Assembly (NCBI GenBank): GCA_963754985.1
Contig: CAVWIJ010000006.1
Coordinates: forward strand, 27,245 to 91,244
Direction of reading: 5' to 3'
DNA: 64,000 nucleotides
Origin: an uncultured Holophagae bacterium
Lineage (GTDB): Bacteria; Acidobacteriota; Thermoanaerobaculia; Thermoanaerobaculales; Sulfomarinibacteraceae
Below, in pieces: positions 9,906 to 20,326 of the stretch. A model generated the notes under the pieces. That model was given only the letters and a program-made list of their open reading frames with translations, did no database searches and was not told where the DNA came from. Numbering within the stretch: position 1 is the stretch's first letter; the number at the start of each line of letters is the position of its first letter. The translations under genes and the position numbers were made by a program.

Positions 9906-12675
9906 TCAGTCCGCCCGCTGCGGCGGGATGGTGATCGGATCGCCATCCCGGTTCACCCGGAACGCCCTGACGTACAGCGGGCCGCTCGCGCTCACCTCGA
10001 GCCGCTTGTTTCGTCCCCCGTGGTTGGGGTTCACGACTGCGATGATGCTGTTGGTCTGGACCAGCTCGCCGCCCCGCACGGTGAGCGTGGTCTGCCCTTC
10101 GGACGCTCCGGTGGCGCCGTCGTAGAGCTCCACGGTGAGGGTGGCGGTGGCCGACCCCGGGTTGAAGGCGGCGATGTGACTCCGCTCCCGGCCACTCTGG
10201 TCGTTGACCTCGCGCAGGCCGAGCAGGTGGTAGGTCACGCCGGTCTGGATCTGCTCTCCCGGCAGCATGCCCGGGATGTCCTGGCCGGCGGTCCCCACCA
10301 CCTGGCCCTGCTGGTTGCGGTAGATAGCGAACTCGCGTCCGGTGGCGGCGAGCAGGGTGCCGTTCAGCGACGTGAGGCGCAGCGTGCCGACCCCCTGGAG
10401 CCCGAAGAGATCGCCCACGAAGTCCTCGTAGCCCATGGTTCGACCGGCGGGGATGGTGAAGGTCGTGCTCTGGTTCACGCCCGGCGTCCCGCGCGCGAAG
10501 AAGTCGGCGCGGACCGAGGCCTGCCCCTGGCTGAAGTTGGTGACGCTGGCCGAGCCGCTGAACTCGTTGAGCCCCTGGATCGGCCCCAGCTCGAGCAGGG
10601 TCACCGCCGGCGCGCCGCCGGTGACCGGGAGGATCGTGGTCGGGTCGTTGGTCCCGGTGTAAGCGATGTTGCCGTCGAGAATGCTGGCGTAGGCCAGCGC
10701 CTTACCCGAGGTCACCGCCACCGCGATCACGATGTCATCGGTCGGCGGGATGTGGAAGACGTTGAAGATGTTGTTGAGCTGCCGGCTGTCGCCCCGGTCG
10801 AGGGCAAATGTCTGGCCCGCCGCCAGCGGCGTGCCGATCCGCTCCTGCAAGGTCACCGTGACCTGGGTGCCGTCCGCCAGCCCCATCAGCCCGACGTTGA
10901 CCCGGTAGACCTGGGCGTTGACGGTGCTCGCGAGATAGCCCACCTGCCCGGCCGCGAGCGCATCCGCCTCGCGCAGCGCCGGGAAGAACTGGCCGAACTC
11001 GCTGCCGTCGCTGTTGCGCGCGAAGACCACGCTCTGGGCGAGGAGATCGCCGCCGCCGCCCCTGAGCTCGAGCAGCAGGCTGCCCACGGCCGGAGTGCTG
11101 CCGCTGAAGCCGAACCAGGCTGCCAGGGGATCGGTCACGCTGAGCTGGGTGTTGGCCGGCAAGGAAACCACCTCGGTGCGGGGCGTGCCGCCGAGGTCGG
11201 CTCGCGGCGTGTAGGTCACGTCCACCTGGCGGCTCTGACCGCTCGGGTTGAACAGGTCGACGCGGGAGGTGAAGAAGGCCCCGCTTCCCTGCACCCTGGC
11301 CACCGCCGGGATCGCCACCGCCTGGCTGGGCGGAGTGAAGACCTGGTAGAGGCGCCCCTGCACGCTGAAGCCGTTGCCGTCGTTGCCCGGGCTGCCGTTG
11401 CTCTCCCAGACCACGAGCAGCCGGCCGGTCGGAGCGAGCACCACCGCCGGGAACTGCTGGGCATTCGTGGTGTAGCTGTTGGCCTGAACATCCGCCGCGT
11501 CAAGGGCGACACCGTCCGCATCGAAGGCCCGAAACTGGACGCTGTAATCGGAGTTGTCGTTGCCGGCCGAGCCGTAGCTCTGCCAGGCAATGCCGTAGAA
11601 GCCGTTTGAGGCGATGGTCGCCGAGGGATAGCGCTGATCGTCGTTCGTGTAGGTGTTGATCTGGACGTCGTTGTCATCGAGAAACTCGCCGCTGGCATCC
11701 AGGCGCCGTGCCTGCACCGAGAGCCGCGAGGTGTCGCTTCCGAAGGTGCCGCCGAAGCTCTCCCAGGCGACGACGGCCCCCTCGGGACCCATCGCGACCG
11801 ACGGCGAACTCTGGGAGCCGGTCGGGTAGGTGTTGGCCGTCTGCTGGGGCGCGTCGGCGGTGATGCCTGCTGATGCCAGGTTGTCCGCCGTGAAGAAGCG
11901 GATCGCGATGTCGTTGCTCGTGGCGGGCTCCCTCCACGCGACCAGGTAGCGCGAGCCTCCGTCGCTCGCGATGGCCGGCTCATCCTGGTCGCCCGGGGTG
12001 ATGTCATTGACGAGGAACTGGTCGAAGAAGCTCCCGGTGCCCGCCCGGAAGCGGCGGCCCTGGATGCTGATGCCGGGATCGCCGCCGGCGCCACCAGCAC
12101 TTTTCCAGACCACGACGAAGTCGCCGTTGTCCGCCATCGCGACGACCGGTGCGCCCTGGGTGCCGGAGGTGTGACGCGCTGTTGACCAGCAGCTCGGCGC
12201 CCACCTTGGCGCCGGCGGCGTTGTAGCGCTGGGCCATGATGTCGAAGTCGGACGTCCCGTGGTTGCTCTCCCAGACGACGACGAAGGCGCCGCTCGAGCT
12301 CCTCGCCACCGCCGGCGACTTCTGCTCGTTCGCGGTCGAGGTGTTGACCTGGAACTCCGGCCCGACGGCGGCGCCCGCCGCATCGAAGAGCCGAGCCTGG
12401 ATCGAGCGGCTGGAGCTGTCGTTCCCGCCGGAGCTGTAGCTCTCCCAGACGACAACGAAGTTGCCGGCCACGTCGGCCGCCACGGCAGGCAGCTGCTGCG
12501 CGCTGCCGGTCACGGTGTTGACCTGGAACTGCGCGGTGAGGGGACCGCTGGCGAGCGCTGCCTGAGAGAGCAGCAGCGCGGCGGTCGCCACGACGAGCAC
12601 CGCCGCTCGCCGGTCCAGGTCGCGCACGACGGTTGAAGGGGTCCGGTGGAGTGACGTCTGGCGTTGACGAGACAA
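9906..12675 (-). CDS. large secreted protein: N-terminal FQVNT..Q..PAVA..FVVVW repeats plus duplicated C-terminal putative anchor domain; frameshift near 12175
   Basis: SD AGGAGG before TTG 12675; signal-like hydrophobic stretch; about six repeats of '(Q/A)VNTYT..Q..P.VA...G..VV.WES'; C-terminal 'IPAVARVQGSGAFFTSRVDLFNP...GDPITIP'. Confidence 0.8.
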
Positions 12676-12849
12676 TTGCTTCCTCCTGTCACGTTTCTGA
12701 TCAGCGGTTGCTTTCCAGTATGTCGCGGTGGCACACGCTCGGTCGGGCACCGGGAGCCGATGGACCACCGTCGAGGTCGGGGTGAGAACCAGTTGCGGAT
12801 TGTATTGCGAGGAGGTATCAAATGCAATACCGCGCCGTGAAACGCCTCG

Positions 12850-13207
12850 CGATGGCGTCCCCGTGTTGGTCGAGGATCTCGACGCGAGGCTGACGGTCTC
12901 GTCGGTGAGGTTGTGGGTCCACACCTCGGTTGTCCAGTGGGTGCCCTGAGCTCCCGGCGCGGAAGCGGCCGCCGGCAGGTGCAACGTCACCGCAGTCGAG
13001 GCACCTGCGGTCACCACCACATCTCGAACTCGATGATCGCGGGATCGCCCCCACCGGCGCATCGGGCGTGCGAACCAGCAGGTAGAGGCATCCGTCGCCG
13101 TCCAGCCGGTCTCCCGGTGTTGAAGCACCGTTCTGGATCAGATGCCCGGCCTCAACCCCGGGCGCAAGCGCGACGACGGCAGCCGCGAACCACGACCACA
13201 GAGGCAC
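12850..13207 (-). pseudogene. degraded remnant of a secreted protein carrying the start of the same anchor-like domain
   Basis: Signal-peptide-like start (WSWFAAAVVALAPGVEA); in another frame 'DVVVTAGASTAVTLHLPAAASAPGAQGTHWTTEVWTHNL', then similarity breaks off. Confidence 0.5.
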
Positions 13208-13305
13208 GGCCGACCGCCTCTCACGAGCCCTCCCACAATCCTCGCGAAGTCAATCGGGGAACAGCAGCTCGCGGCGGGTGCCGCGGCCGAAGCGACAGGC
13301 GACGG

Positions 13306-16208
13306 TCACGCCGGACCGAGCACGGCCGAGACGACCCGGTTGCGGCCCTCGGCCTTGGCGCGGTACAGGGCCTGGTCCGCGGCGGCGATCAGCTCGTCAA
13401 GAGTGTGGCCCTCACGCGGCACGACCGTCGCAACTCCGACGCTGACCGTCACCTGGTGGCTTCCTTCCGGGCCCGCATCAGGGAGGTGGAGCTCGGCCAC
13501 CGCGACGCGCAGCTTCTCGGCGACGCGGCACGCACCTTCCAGATCGGTACTGCAGAGCAGCACGATGAACTCCTCGCCGCCGTAGCGGGCGGCGATGTCG
13601 CCGGCGCGCTGGATCCGCTCGGTCAGGACCCGGCCCACCGCCTGCAGGCAACGGTCCCCGGCGGGGTGACCGCAGACGTCATTGAAGCGCTTGAAGTGAT
13701 CAAGGTCGAGCAGCGCCGCCGTGAGTGATGATCCGCTTCGCACTGCTCGCCGCCACTCGAGCTCGGCGTGCTCGAAGAGGCGCCGCCGATTGGCGAGGCC
13801 GGTCAGCGGATCCTCGCGCGCCAGTCGCTCGAGCTCGGCGTTCGCCTCTCCGAGCTCCCGGGTGCGCTGCGCCACCAGCCTTTCGAGCTCGAGGCGGCGG
13901 ACCTCGAGCCAGTGCAGTCGTACCCGCACCCCACCCCAGACCAGCGCGCCCACTCCCGCGAGGCCGGCGAGCCGGAACCACCGCGTCTCGAAGAACCTGG
14001 CGGCGACGCTGATCTGGGCCGCGGCCCGGTCGTCGCTCCAGGGGCCGCCGACCTCGCCTGAGGCGACCCAGAAGCGGTAGCGCCCCGGCCGCAGGTTCGT
14101 GTAGTAGGCGGTCCGCCGCTCGCCGACCTCGACCCAGTCGTCGTCGAAGCCTTCGAGGCGAGTGCGGAAGCGGAGGCGGTCGGCGCGGACGAAGGAGGGC
14201 ACCGTGTAGGCGATCTCGAGGCTGCGTCCGCCGGCCGCAACCGAAACCGGCGAGGTCGCCGGCGAGACCGACCGTCCGTCCACCGCCATCCGATCGATGA
14301 GCACCGGCGCCCGCGCGCTCTCGAGCCGGGGATGGTCGGGGTCGACCAGCGCAAGGCCGTCGCTGGTGACGAAGCACAGCCGGCCGTCGGCGAGCCGGCA
14401 GCCGGCCGGCTGCACCGTTCCGAGGCAGCGCCGGGAGGGCAGCCCATCGTGCTCGTCGAGGAGCAGCGGGCTCAGGCTGCGCCGCTTGCCCGCGCGCCAC
14501 CGCGTCGAGATCCTCGCGCTCGAGGCGGTACACCCCGGCGAGGCTCGAGACCCAGAGCGTGCCCCGGCCGTCGCTCAGGACCTGGGCCACGTGGAGGCTG
14601 GGCAGGCCGTCGGCGGCCCGCCAGGTGTCGAGGCGTCCGCCCTCCAGCCGGCTGAGCCCGCCGGTCGTGCCGATCCAGACAGTACCGCCGGGCTCGACCT
14701 CGAGGGTGGTGACGTAGTCGCCGGCGAGGCCGTCACGGGAGCTGAGGGTGGTCAGCTCGCGGCCCGCAATCCTGTTCAATCCTGCCGTTCCTCCGGCCCA
14801 CACGACTCCGTCCGCGCCAACGGCGATGGCGCCGATGTAGCCGTCGCTGAGCCCGTCGGAGGGCAGGAAGGACTGGCGCACCTCCCCCGCCAACAGCTGG
14901 TAGAGACCGCCGCCGCGGGTTCCGACCCACAGCTGTCCTGCCCCGTCCTCGGCGAGTGCGATCACCATCGGCTGTACCCCGACTCCGGGCAGCGGTACGG
15001 CGATCAGCCGCCCGCCGGCGAGCCGCATGAGACCGGCCGCCCCGCCTGCCCACACCGTGCCGCTCCGGTCCTCCACCACGACGGTCATCAGGGGGTCTTC
15101 GCCCGGCGGCGCAAAGCGTTCCACCGACCGTCCGCGCCAGGCGAGCAGACCGTCGGTGGTGGCCACCCACAGCGTCCCGTTGGCGCCCTGGGCCACCCCG
15201 TAGGGCGCGCCGGAGATCCCCTCGCTGGCCGTGATCGGCTCGACCGCGGTGTCGGCGAGCTGCACCAGATCCGCCCCGCCCAGCCACAGCGACCCCTCCC
15301 GGTCCTCGAAGAGGGCCGGGACCGCCAGCGCAGCCATCGGATTGAGGCCCTCCGGCGGGCACACGGCCTGCCCGTTCTCGACCCGGCACAAGCCGCGATC
15401 GGCGCTGCCGAGAAAAACCTGGCCGTGGCGGTCCTCGAGCAGGCTTGCGAGCTCGGGCACCCCGTCCGCGTCGAGCGGCACCACCCGTCCCCCGCGCAGC
15501 TTCAGGGCGCGGCGTCCGCCGAAGAGCCACAGGCCGCCGTCAGGGGCGGGCTGGAGGCCGAGTGGCCCGCGTGCCGCCCCTTCGAGGAGCTCTGCCCCGG
15601 GTGCGAGCCGGCCTTCGACCAACCGATCGAGCCCCGGCCGCTCGCGACCCACAGCCCGCCGTCGTCGTCGACGGCGAGGTCGTGCACCGGCGTGCCGCGC
15701 AGCTCGGCGAGCTCGGGCGCCGCGAGACCCGCGCGTCCACCACCCGGTCGAGCCCACCCTTGGTGCCGACCCAGATCGCACCTTCCCCGTCCTCGGCCAG
15801 CGCCATCACGACGTCGTGGCTCAGCCCGTCGGCCACGGTGAGGAGCTCGAAGCTCCCGCCGGCCCGGCGCAGCAGCCCCCCGACCGTGCCGATCCACAGC
15901 CCGCCGTCACGGTCCTCGAGCAGGGCGGTCACGTAGTCGTTGCGGAACGCCGGCACTGTGGCCGATGAAAAGAGCTCGGTGCCGGCGCCGTCGAGCCGCG
16001 CGAGGCCGGCGATGGTCCCGACCCAGAGGAAGCCGTCGCGCGTCTGGAGCAGGCAGGTCACGGTCGGGTCCGGAAGCTCCTCGGCCCACGACCGCGCGTG
16101 GTACTGGGTCAGCATCCGTGCCGGGTCAAGGGCGGCTGCCGGCTCCGCCACAAGAACCGCCAGCAGCAGCGCACACCAGCCTCGCGGCAGGGGCGGGCGG
16201 GAAACCAC
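13306..16208 (-). CDS. membrane diguanylate cyclase: periplasmic two-component-regulator propeller + Y_Y_Y + TM + GGDEF; frameshifts near 15720, 15660 and 14450
   Basis: 'ALDPARMLTQY..RSW', repeated D..G.LW.GT..GL, 'AYYTNLRPGRYRF', DPLTGLANRR, DLDHFKRFND, I-site RAGD and active site ARYGGEEF, AADQALYRAK..GRN. Confidence 0.88.
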
Positions 16209-16512
16209 GCCTCGATGGTAGCAGCCGTGGATCGCACAGACGTCAGCGAACCCGCCGACGCCGACAGGGGACCGGCTCGGGAATGAGGGCTCGAGCCTTG
16301 CGATGCGGCGCCTCAGCCGCCAGTCACCTGGGCGCGAGGGATGCGAGCCGCGAGCTTTTTCTGCCTCGACTCCAGCGGTTCCTTGGCGGTCAGGCAATCA
16401 CTCCCGTCCGACCGGTCAGACGGCTGGCGCCCTGAAGCGGCCGGAGCCTGCGGTGAAGGCTCGCGCCCGACGAGTGAGGTCCCGCGCCGCTTCGCTAGAC
16501 TGCATGCGGGAC

Positions 16513-19083
16513 ATGGCACAGGACACCTCCGCGAGGGGTTGGCTGCACCGGCTGGCGCCGGTCGTCGGAGTTGTCCTGTTCGGAGTCGCGCTCTACGTCC
16601 TCCATCGCGAGCTCGAGCTGATCCGGCTGCATGAGGTGATCGACCAATTCCGGAGGATTCCAACGAGAACCCTCCTGGCAGCGATTGCGGCCACAGCGTT
16701 CAGCTATCTGGTGCTGACCCAATACGACGCCGTCGCGCTGCGCTATGTCGGAGCACAGGTTGGGCTCAAGCGTTCGTCCCTCGCCGCCTACCTCGGTTTC
16801 GCGTTCGCCCAGAACGTCGGGTTCACCCTCTTCAGCGGCGCGCCAGTTCGCTTCCGCTTCTACTCGGTTTGGGGTCTGTCGGCGGTCGAGATCGCGACCG
16901 TCCTCGCCTTCAACAGCATTACCTTCTGGCTTGGTCTGATCGCCTGCGCGGGCGTGACCTTCATCCTCGCTGGTGGGGTCGTCCCTACCGGCCTCCACCT
17001 CCCGGTCACTGCACTGCGGCCACTGGGCGCGATCTTGCTGCTCATTGCCGGCACCTACCTCGTGGCCTGTGCAGCGCGCCGCGCACCCTTCAGGTTCGGC
17101 CGCTGGCAGCTCGCACTGCCCTCGCTCCGCCAGGCCCTGGCCCAAGTCGGGCTGGCCGGTCTTGACTGGATCTCGGCCACCCTGGTCCTCTATGTGCTCC
17201 TGCCCCGAGAGGCCGCGGGCCACTTCGCCCATTTCATGGCCGTCTTCCTTCTCGCCCAGCTTGCCGGCCTCGTCAGTCAGGTCCCGGGCGGGCTCGGCGT
17301 CTTCGAAACGGTCATGGTGATCCTCCTGCCCCCATCGGTGCCGCAGAGCGTCGCCCTCGGTTCCTTGCTCGCATTCCGGCTCATCTACTACCTCCTGCCG
17401 TTGGCCGTGGCAGTGCTGCTCCTGCTCGCCTTCGAGCTGCACCAGCGGCGGGAAGACCTGGGCAAGGCGGTCAAGATCGTCGGCAGCTGGCTGCCGGCGT
17501 TGGAGCCGCACCTCCTCGCAGTCCTGACCTTCCTCGGCGGCGCGGCGATGCTCGTGTTCGGCTCCATACCGGCCGCGCCGGCCCGCCTGCACTGGCTGGC
17601 GGACTTCGTTCCCCTCGCCATCCTCGAGCTGTCCCACTTCCTCGGCAGCCTGGTTGGCATCGGCTTGATCGTCCTCGCCTGGGGACTGCGCCGACGGCTC
17701 GAAATCGCCTACTACCTGGCCAGTGGGTTGCTGGCCCTGAGCGTCGTCTTGTCCCTGCTTCGCGGTCTCCACGTCGAGGCGGCCATCTTCTTGGCGTTGA
17801 TGCTGGCGGCACTGCTCCCTGCCAGGCGGGCCTTCTACCGTCGCACGGCCCTGCTCAGCGAGCCGTTCTCTGGTGCCTGGCTCGCTGCCCTCGCCATGGT
17901 CGTGATCGGCGCGGTGTGGATCGGTCTCTTCGCCTACCGCCATGTCGACTACTCAAGTGAGCTGTGGTGGCAGTTCGAGCTCCACGGCAACGCCTCTCGT
18001 TTCCTGCGCTCCGCGCTTGCCGTCGCGATCGGTCTGGTGTCGCTCGGCATCGTGCGGCTGCTCGGCCCGTCAGTGCCGCGGGAGGCGGCCGCAAGCGAAG
18101 AGACACGGGCGCTGGTCCGCGCGGTGGTGGCGAGCTCGCCGGCAGCCTCGGGCCACTTGGCATTGCTTGGCGACAAGCGCTTCCTGATCGCTGGCTCCAA
18201 GACGGCCTTCGTCATGTACGCGGTCCAGCAGCGGAGCTGGGTGGCCATGGGAGACCCGGTGGGCCCTAGCGAAGAGCACGCGGAGCTGATCTGGCACTTC
18301 CACACGCTTGCCGATCGCCACGGCGGCTGGACCGTCTTCTATGAGGTCGGCGAGGAGAACCTGCCGATCTACCTCGACCTCGGCCTGACTGTGCTCAAGA
18401 TCGGCGAAGAGGCACGCGTCGACCTCGCACGTTTCTCCCTCGACGGTGGGGAGCACAAAGGGCTGCGTCACAGCCTGAACAAGCTCGAGCGCGAGGGGTG
18501 TTCCTTCGCGATCATGCCGCCAGAGGCGGTCCCTGCACTCCTTCCGGAGCTGCGCGCGGTGTCGGACGCCTGGCTGGCCTCAAAGAGCACGCGAGAGAAG
18601 CGTTTTTCGCTCGGTCGCTTCGACGAGGCGTACCTGCGTCAGCAGCCGGTCGCGGTCGTGCGCAGGGAGAATCGCGTGGTGGCCTTCGCCAACCTCTGGC
18701 AGGGCGCAACGGGCGGTGAGCTGTCCATCGACCTCATGCGTTTCCAGAGCGACGCCCCGGCCGGGGTCATGGACTACCTGTTCATCAACCTCATGTTGTG
18801 GGGTAAGGAGCACCGTTTCTCCGCGTTCGGCCTGGGCATGGCGCCGTTCGCCGGCCTGCGCAGCGGACCGTTTGCGCCGCTGTGGAACCGGCTTGCTGTT
18901 CTCCTCTACCGCTACGGTGAGCACTTCTACAATTTCAAGGGGCTGCGCCAGTACAAGGACAAGTTCGACCCACAGTGGCGGCCGCGCTACCTGGCCTGCC
19001 CTGGCGGGTCGGCGGTGCCGGGCGTGCTCACCGACCTCGCGGCCCTGGTCTCCGGCGGCCTGGTCGGGGCACTGCGGCGCTGA
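16513..19083 (+). CDS. mprF: bifunctional aminoacyl-phosphatidylglycerol flippase/synthetase
   Basis: Multi-TM N-terminal half with VPGGLGVFE, FRLIYYLLP, ELSHFLGS; C-terminal GDKRF, MGDPVG, KIGEEA, EKRFSLG, SIDLMR, FYNFKGLRQYKDKFDPQW.PRYL. Confidence 0.96.
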   Translation: MAQDTSARGWLHRLAPVVGVVLFGVALYVLHRELELIRLHEVIDQFRRIPTRTLLAAIAATAFSYLVLTQYDAVALRYVGAQVGLKRSSLAAYLGFAFAQNVGFTLFSGAPVRFRFYSVWGLSAVEIATVLAFNSITFWLGLIACAGVTFILAGGVVPTGLHLPVTALRPLGAILLLIAGTYLVACAARRAPFRFGRWQLALPSLRQALAQVGLAGLDWISATLVLYVLLPREAAGHFAHFMAVFLLAQLAGLVSQVPGGLGVFETVMVILLPPSVPQSVALGSLLAFRLIYYLLPLAVAVLLLLAFELHQRREDLGKAVKIVGSWLPALEPHLLAVLTFLGGAAMLVFGSIPAAPARLHWLADFVPLAILELSHFLGSLVGIGLIVLAWGLRRRLEIAYYLASGLLALSVVLSLLRGLHVEAAIFLALMLAALLPARRAFYRRTALLSEPFSGAWLAALAMVVIGAVWIGLFAYRHVDYSSELWWQFELHGNASRFLRSALAVAIGLVSLGIVRLLGPSVPREAAASEETRALVRAVVASSPAASGHLALLGDKRFLIAGSKTAFVMYAVQQRSWVAMGDPVGPSEEHAELIWHFHTLADRHGGWTVFYEVGEENLPIYLDLGLTVLKIGEEARVDLARFSLDGGEHKGLRHSLNKLEREGCSFAIMPPEAVPALLPELRAVSDAWLASKSTREKRFSLGRFDEAYLRQQPVAVVRRENRVVAFANLWQGATGGELSIDLMRFQSDAPAGVMDYLFINLMLWGKEHRFSAFGLGMAPFAGLRSGPFAPLWNRLAVLLYRYGEHFYNFKGLRQYKDKFDPQWRPRYLACPGGSAVPGVLTDLAALVSGGLVGALRR

Positions 19084-19092
19084 TCGGTCCCT

Positions 19093-19123
19093 ATAAACAA
19101 CGCCCCTCGCTGTCGAGGGGCGT
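19093..19123 (-). terminator. intrinsic terminator between convergent mprF and RRM gene
   Basis: ACGCCCCTCG-CTGT-CGAGGGGCGT stem (19100-19123); TGTTTAT follows on the minus strand. Confidence 0.65.
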
Positions 19124-19168
19124 CGTCGTCTTCATTGAAAGCAGGGCAGCAGCCCTGCTGTCACCTGT

Positions 19169-19438
19169 TTAGCGACCGCGATCGGCGTCCGCACGAGGCC
19201 GCGCGACGCTGACGATGATCGTGCTCCCGTCGAGCTCGGAGCTGTTCTTGGCGCTGATCGCCTTCTCCCCGGACTCGGTGCTCGTGTAGGTGACAAAGGC
19301 GAATCCCCGGGAGGCGCCGGAATCCCGGTCCATGATGACCTTCGCCTCGGTGATCTCACCGTACTCGGAGAAAACCTCGCGCAGTCTGGCGTCGTTGGTG
19401 GCGGCGTTGAGGCCCCCCACATACAGCTTCTGGGTCAT
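19169..19438 (-). CDS. RRM-domain RNA-binding protein (paralog 1)
   Basis: RNP2 KLYVGGL, RNP1 SRGFAFVTY, 'ELDGSTIIVSVARPR'. Confidence 0.93.
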   Translation of the reverse strand: MTQKLYVGGLNAATNDARLREVFSEYGEITEAKVIMDRDSGASRGFAFVTYTSTESGEKAISAKNSSELDGSTIIVSVARPRADADRGR

Positions 19439-19666
19439 GATCGTGTCCTCTTCTTTTCGCGGAAGGCGCCACCGCTGCATGGTGCGCTCCGAGTCGTAAC
19501 GTGACGCGGTGGTTCCATCCGCTCGTATGGGGGTCGGCCACAGCGGCCGGACCAGGGTCGAGTGCCGAGGACAGCGCCTCGGCATCGACCATCACATTCA
19601 CTCACAAGGCTGGGAGCGTGCTCGGACTCCCTCCACGAGGGAGGAAGCTCGGGCTCGCGGCCGGTG

Positions 19667-19984
19667 CTACCAGCGGCTGCCGCCGCCGCCGCCGCCCTGT
19701 CGTCCGTAGCCACCGCGGTCGCGGTCGCGGTCGCGGTCCTTGTCCTGGGCGACGTCCACTCTGATGGTGCGCCCATCGAGCTCGGTCTGGTTGAGGGCCG
19801 CGGCGGCCTTCTCGGCGGCCTGGCCGTCGGCGAAGGTCACGAACCCGAAACCGCGGGAACGACCCGAGTCGCGGTCTGTGATCACGATGGCTTCGGTGAT
19901 CTCGCCGTGCGGCGAAAACGCTGCACGCAGGCTGCGGTCATCGGTGTTCCAGCTCAGACTTCCAACAAACAACTTCTTCGACAT
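19667..19984 (-). CDS. RRM-domain RNA-binding protein with DR/Gly-rich tail (paralog 2)
   Basis: RNP2 KLFVGSL, RNP1 SRGFGFVTF, ELDGRTIRVD, tail DRDRDRDRGGYGRQGGGGGGSRW. Confidence 0.95.
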   Translation of the reverse strand: MSKKLFVGSLSWNTDDRSLRAAFSPHGEITEAIVITDRDSGRSRGFGFVTFADGQAAEKAAAALNQTELDGRTIRVDVAQDKDRDRDRDRGGYGRQGGGGGGSRW

Positions 19985-20326
19985 CTCTTCTTCCTTCTCT
20001 TTCCTTGGAGGCGCTGACTCCCGCCAGCGTCCTCCCTTCGTTCCATCATGGCGGGCCCGCTGCCCGCCGAATCGCTGGCCAGCCACGGTGGCCGGCCTGA
20101 GAGTCCAGAGTGAGGACTCGTTATCCTCTGCAGGCGCACGACAGGATCTCGCAGGTGCGCTGCGCTTCGTTTCCGGCTGATTTATGAACGGGAGAACTGC
20201 CGGGGGACTGCCGTACGGGTCATCTGGCGACCCTGTAAAGTCCGCGCCTGCCACCACCCTGACGTCGGGTGGCGCGACGCGAACGATGCATACTCTCACA
20301 TTACCAGGCGAATTGCAAGCTACTCC

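Noticed and set aside
9822-11609. Long antisense or alternate-frame ORFs (e.g. 9822-11609, 20612-22222, 37447-39438, 40304-42040)
   Set aside because: Shadow ORFs expected at high GC; they overlap well-supported genes and show no recognisable motifs
19713-19740. (CGCGGT)n tandem repeat
   Set aside because: Encodes the DRDRDRDR low-complexity tail of the RRM protein
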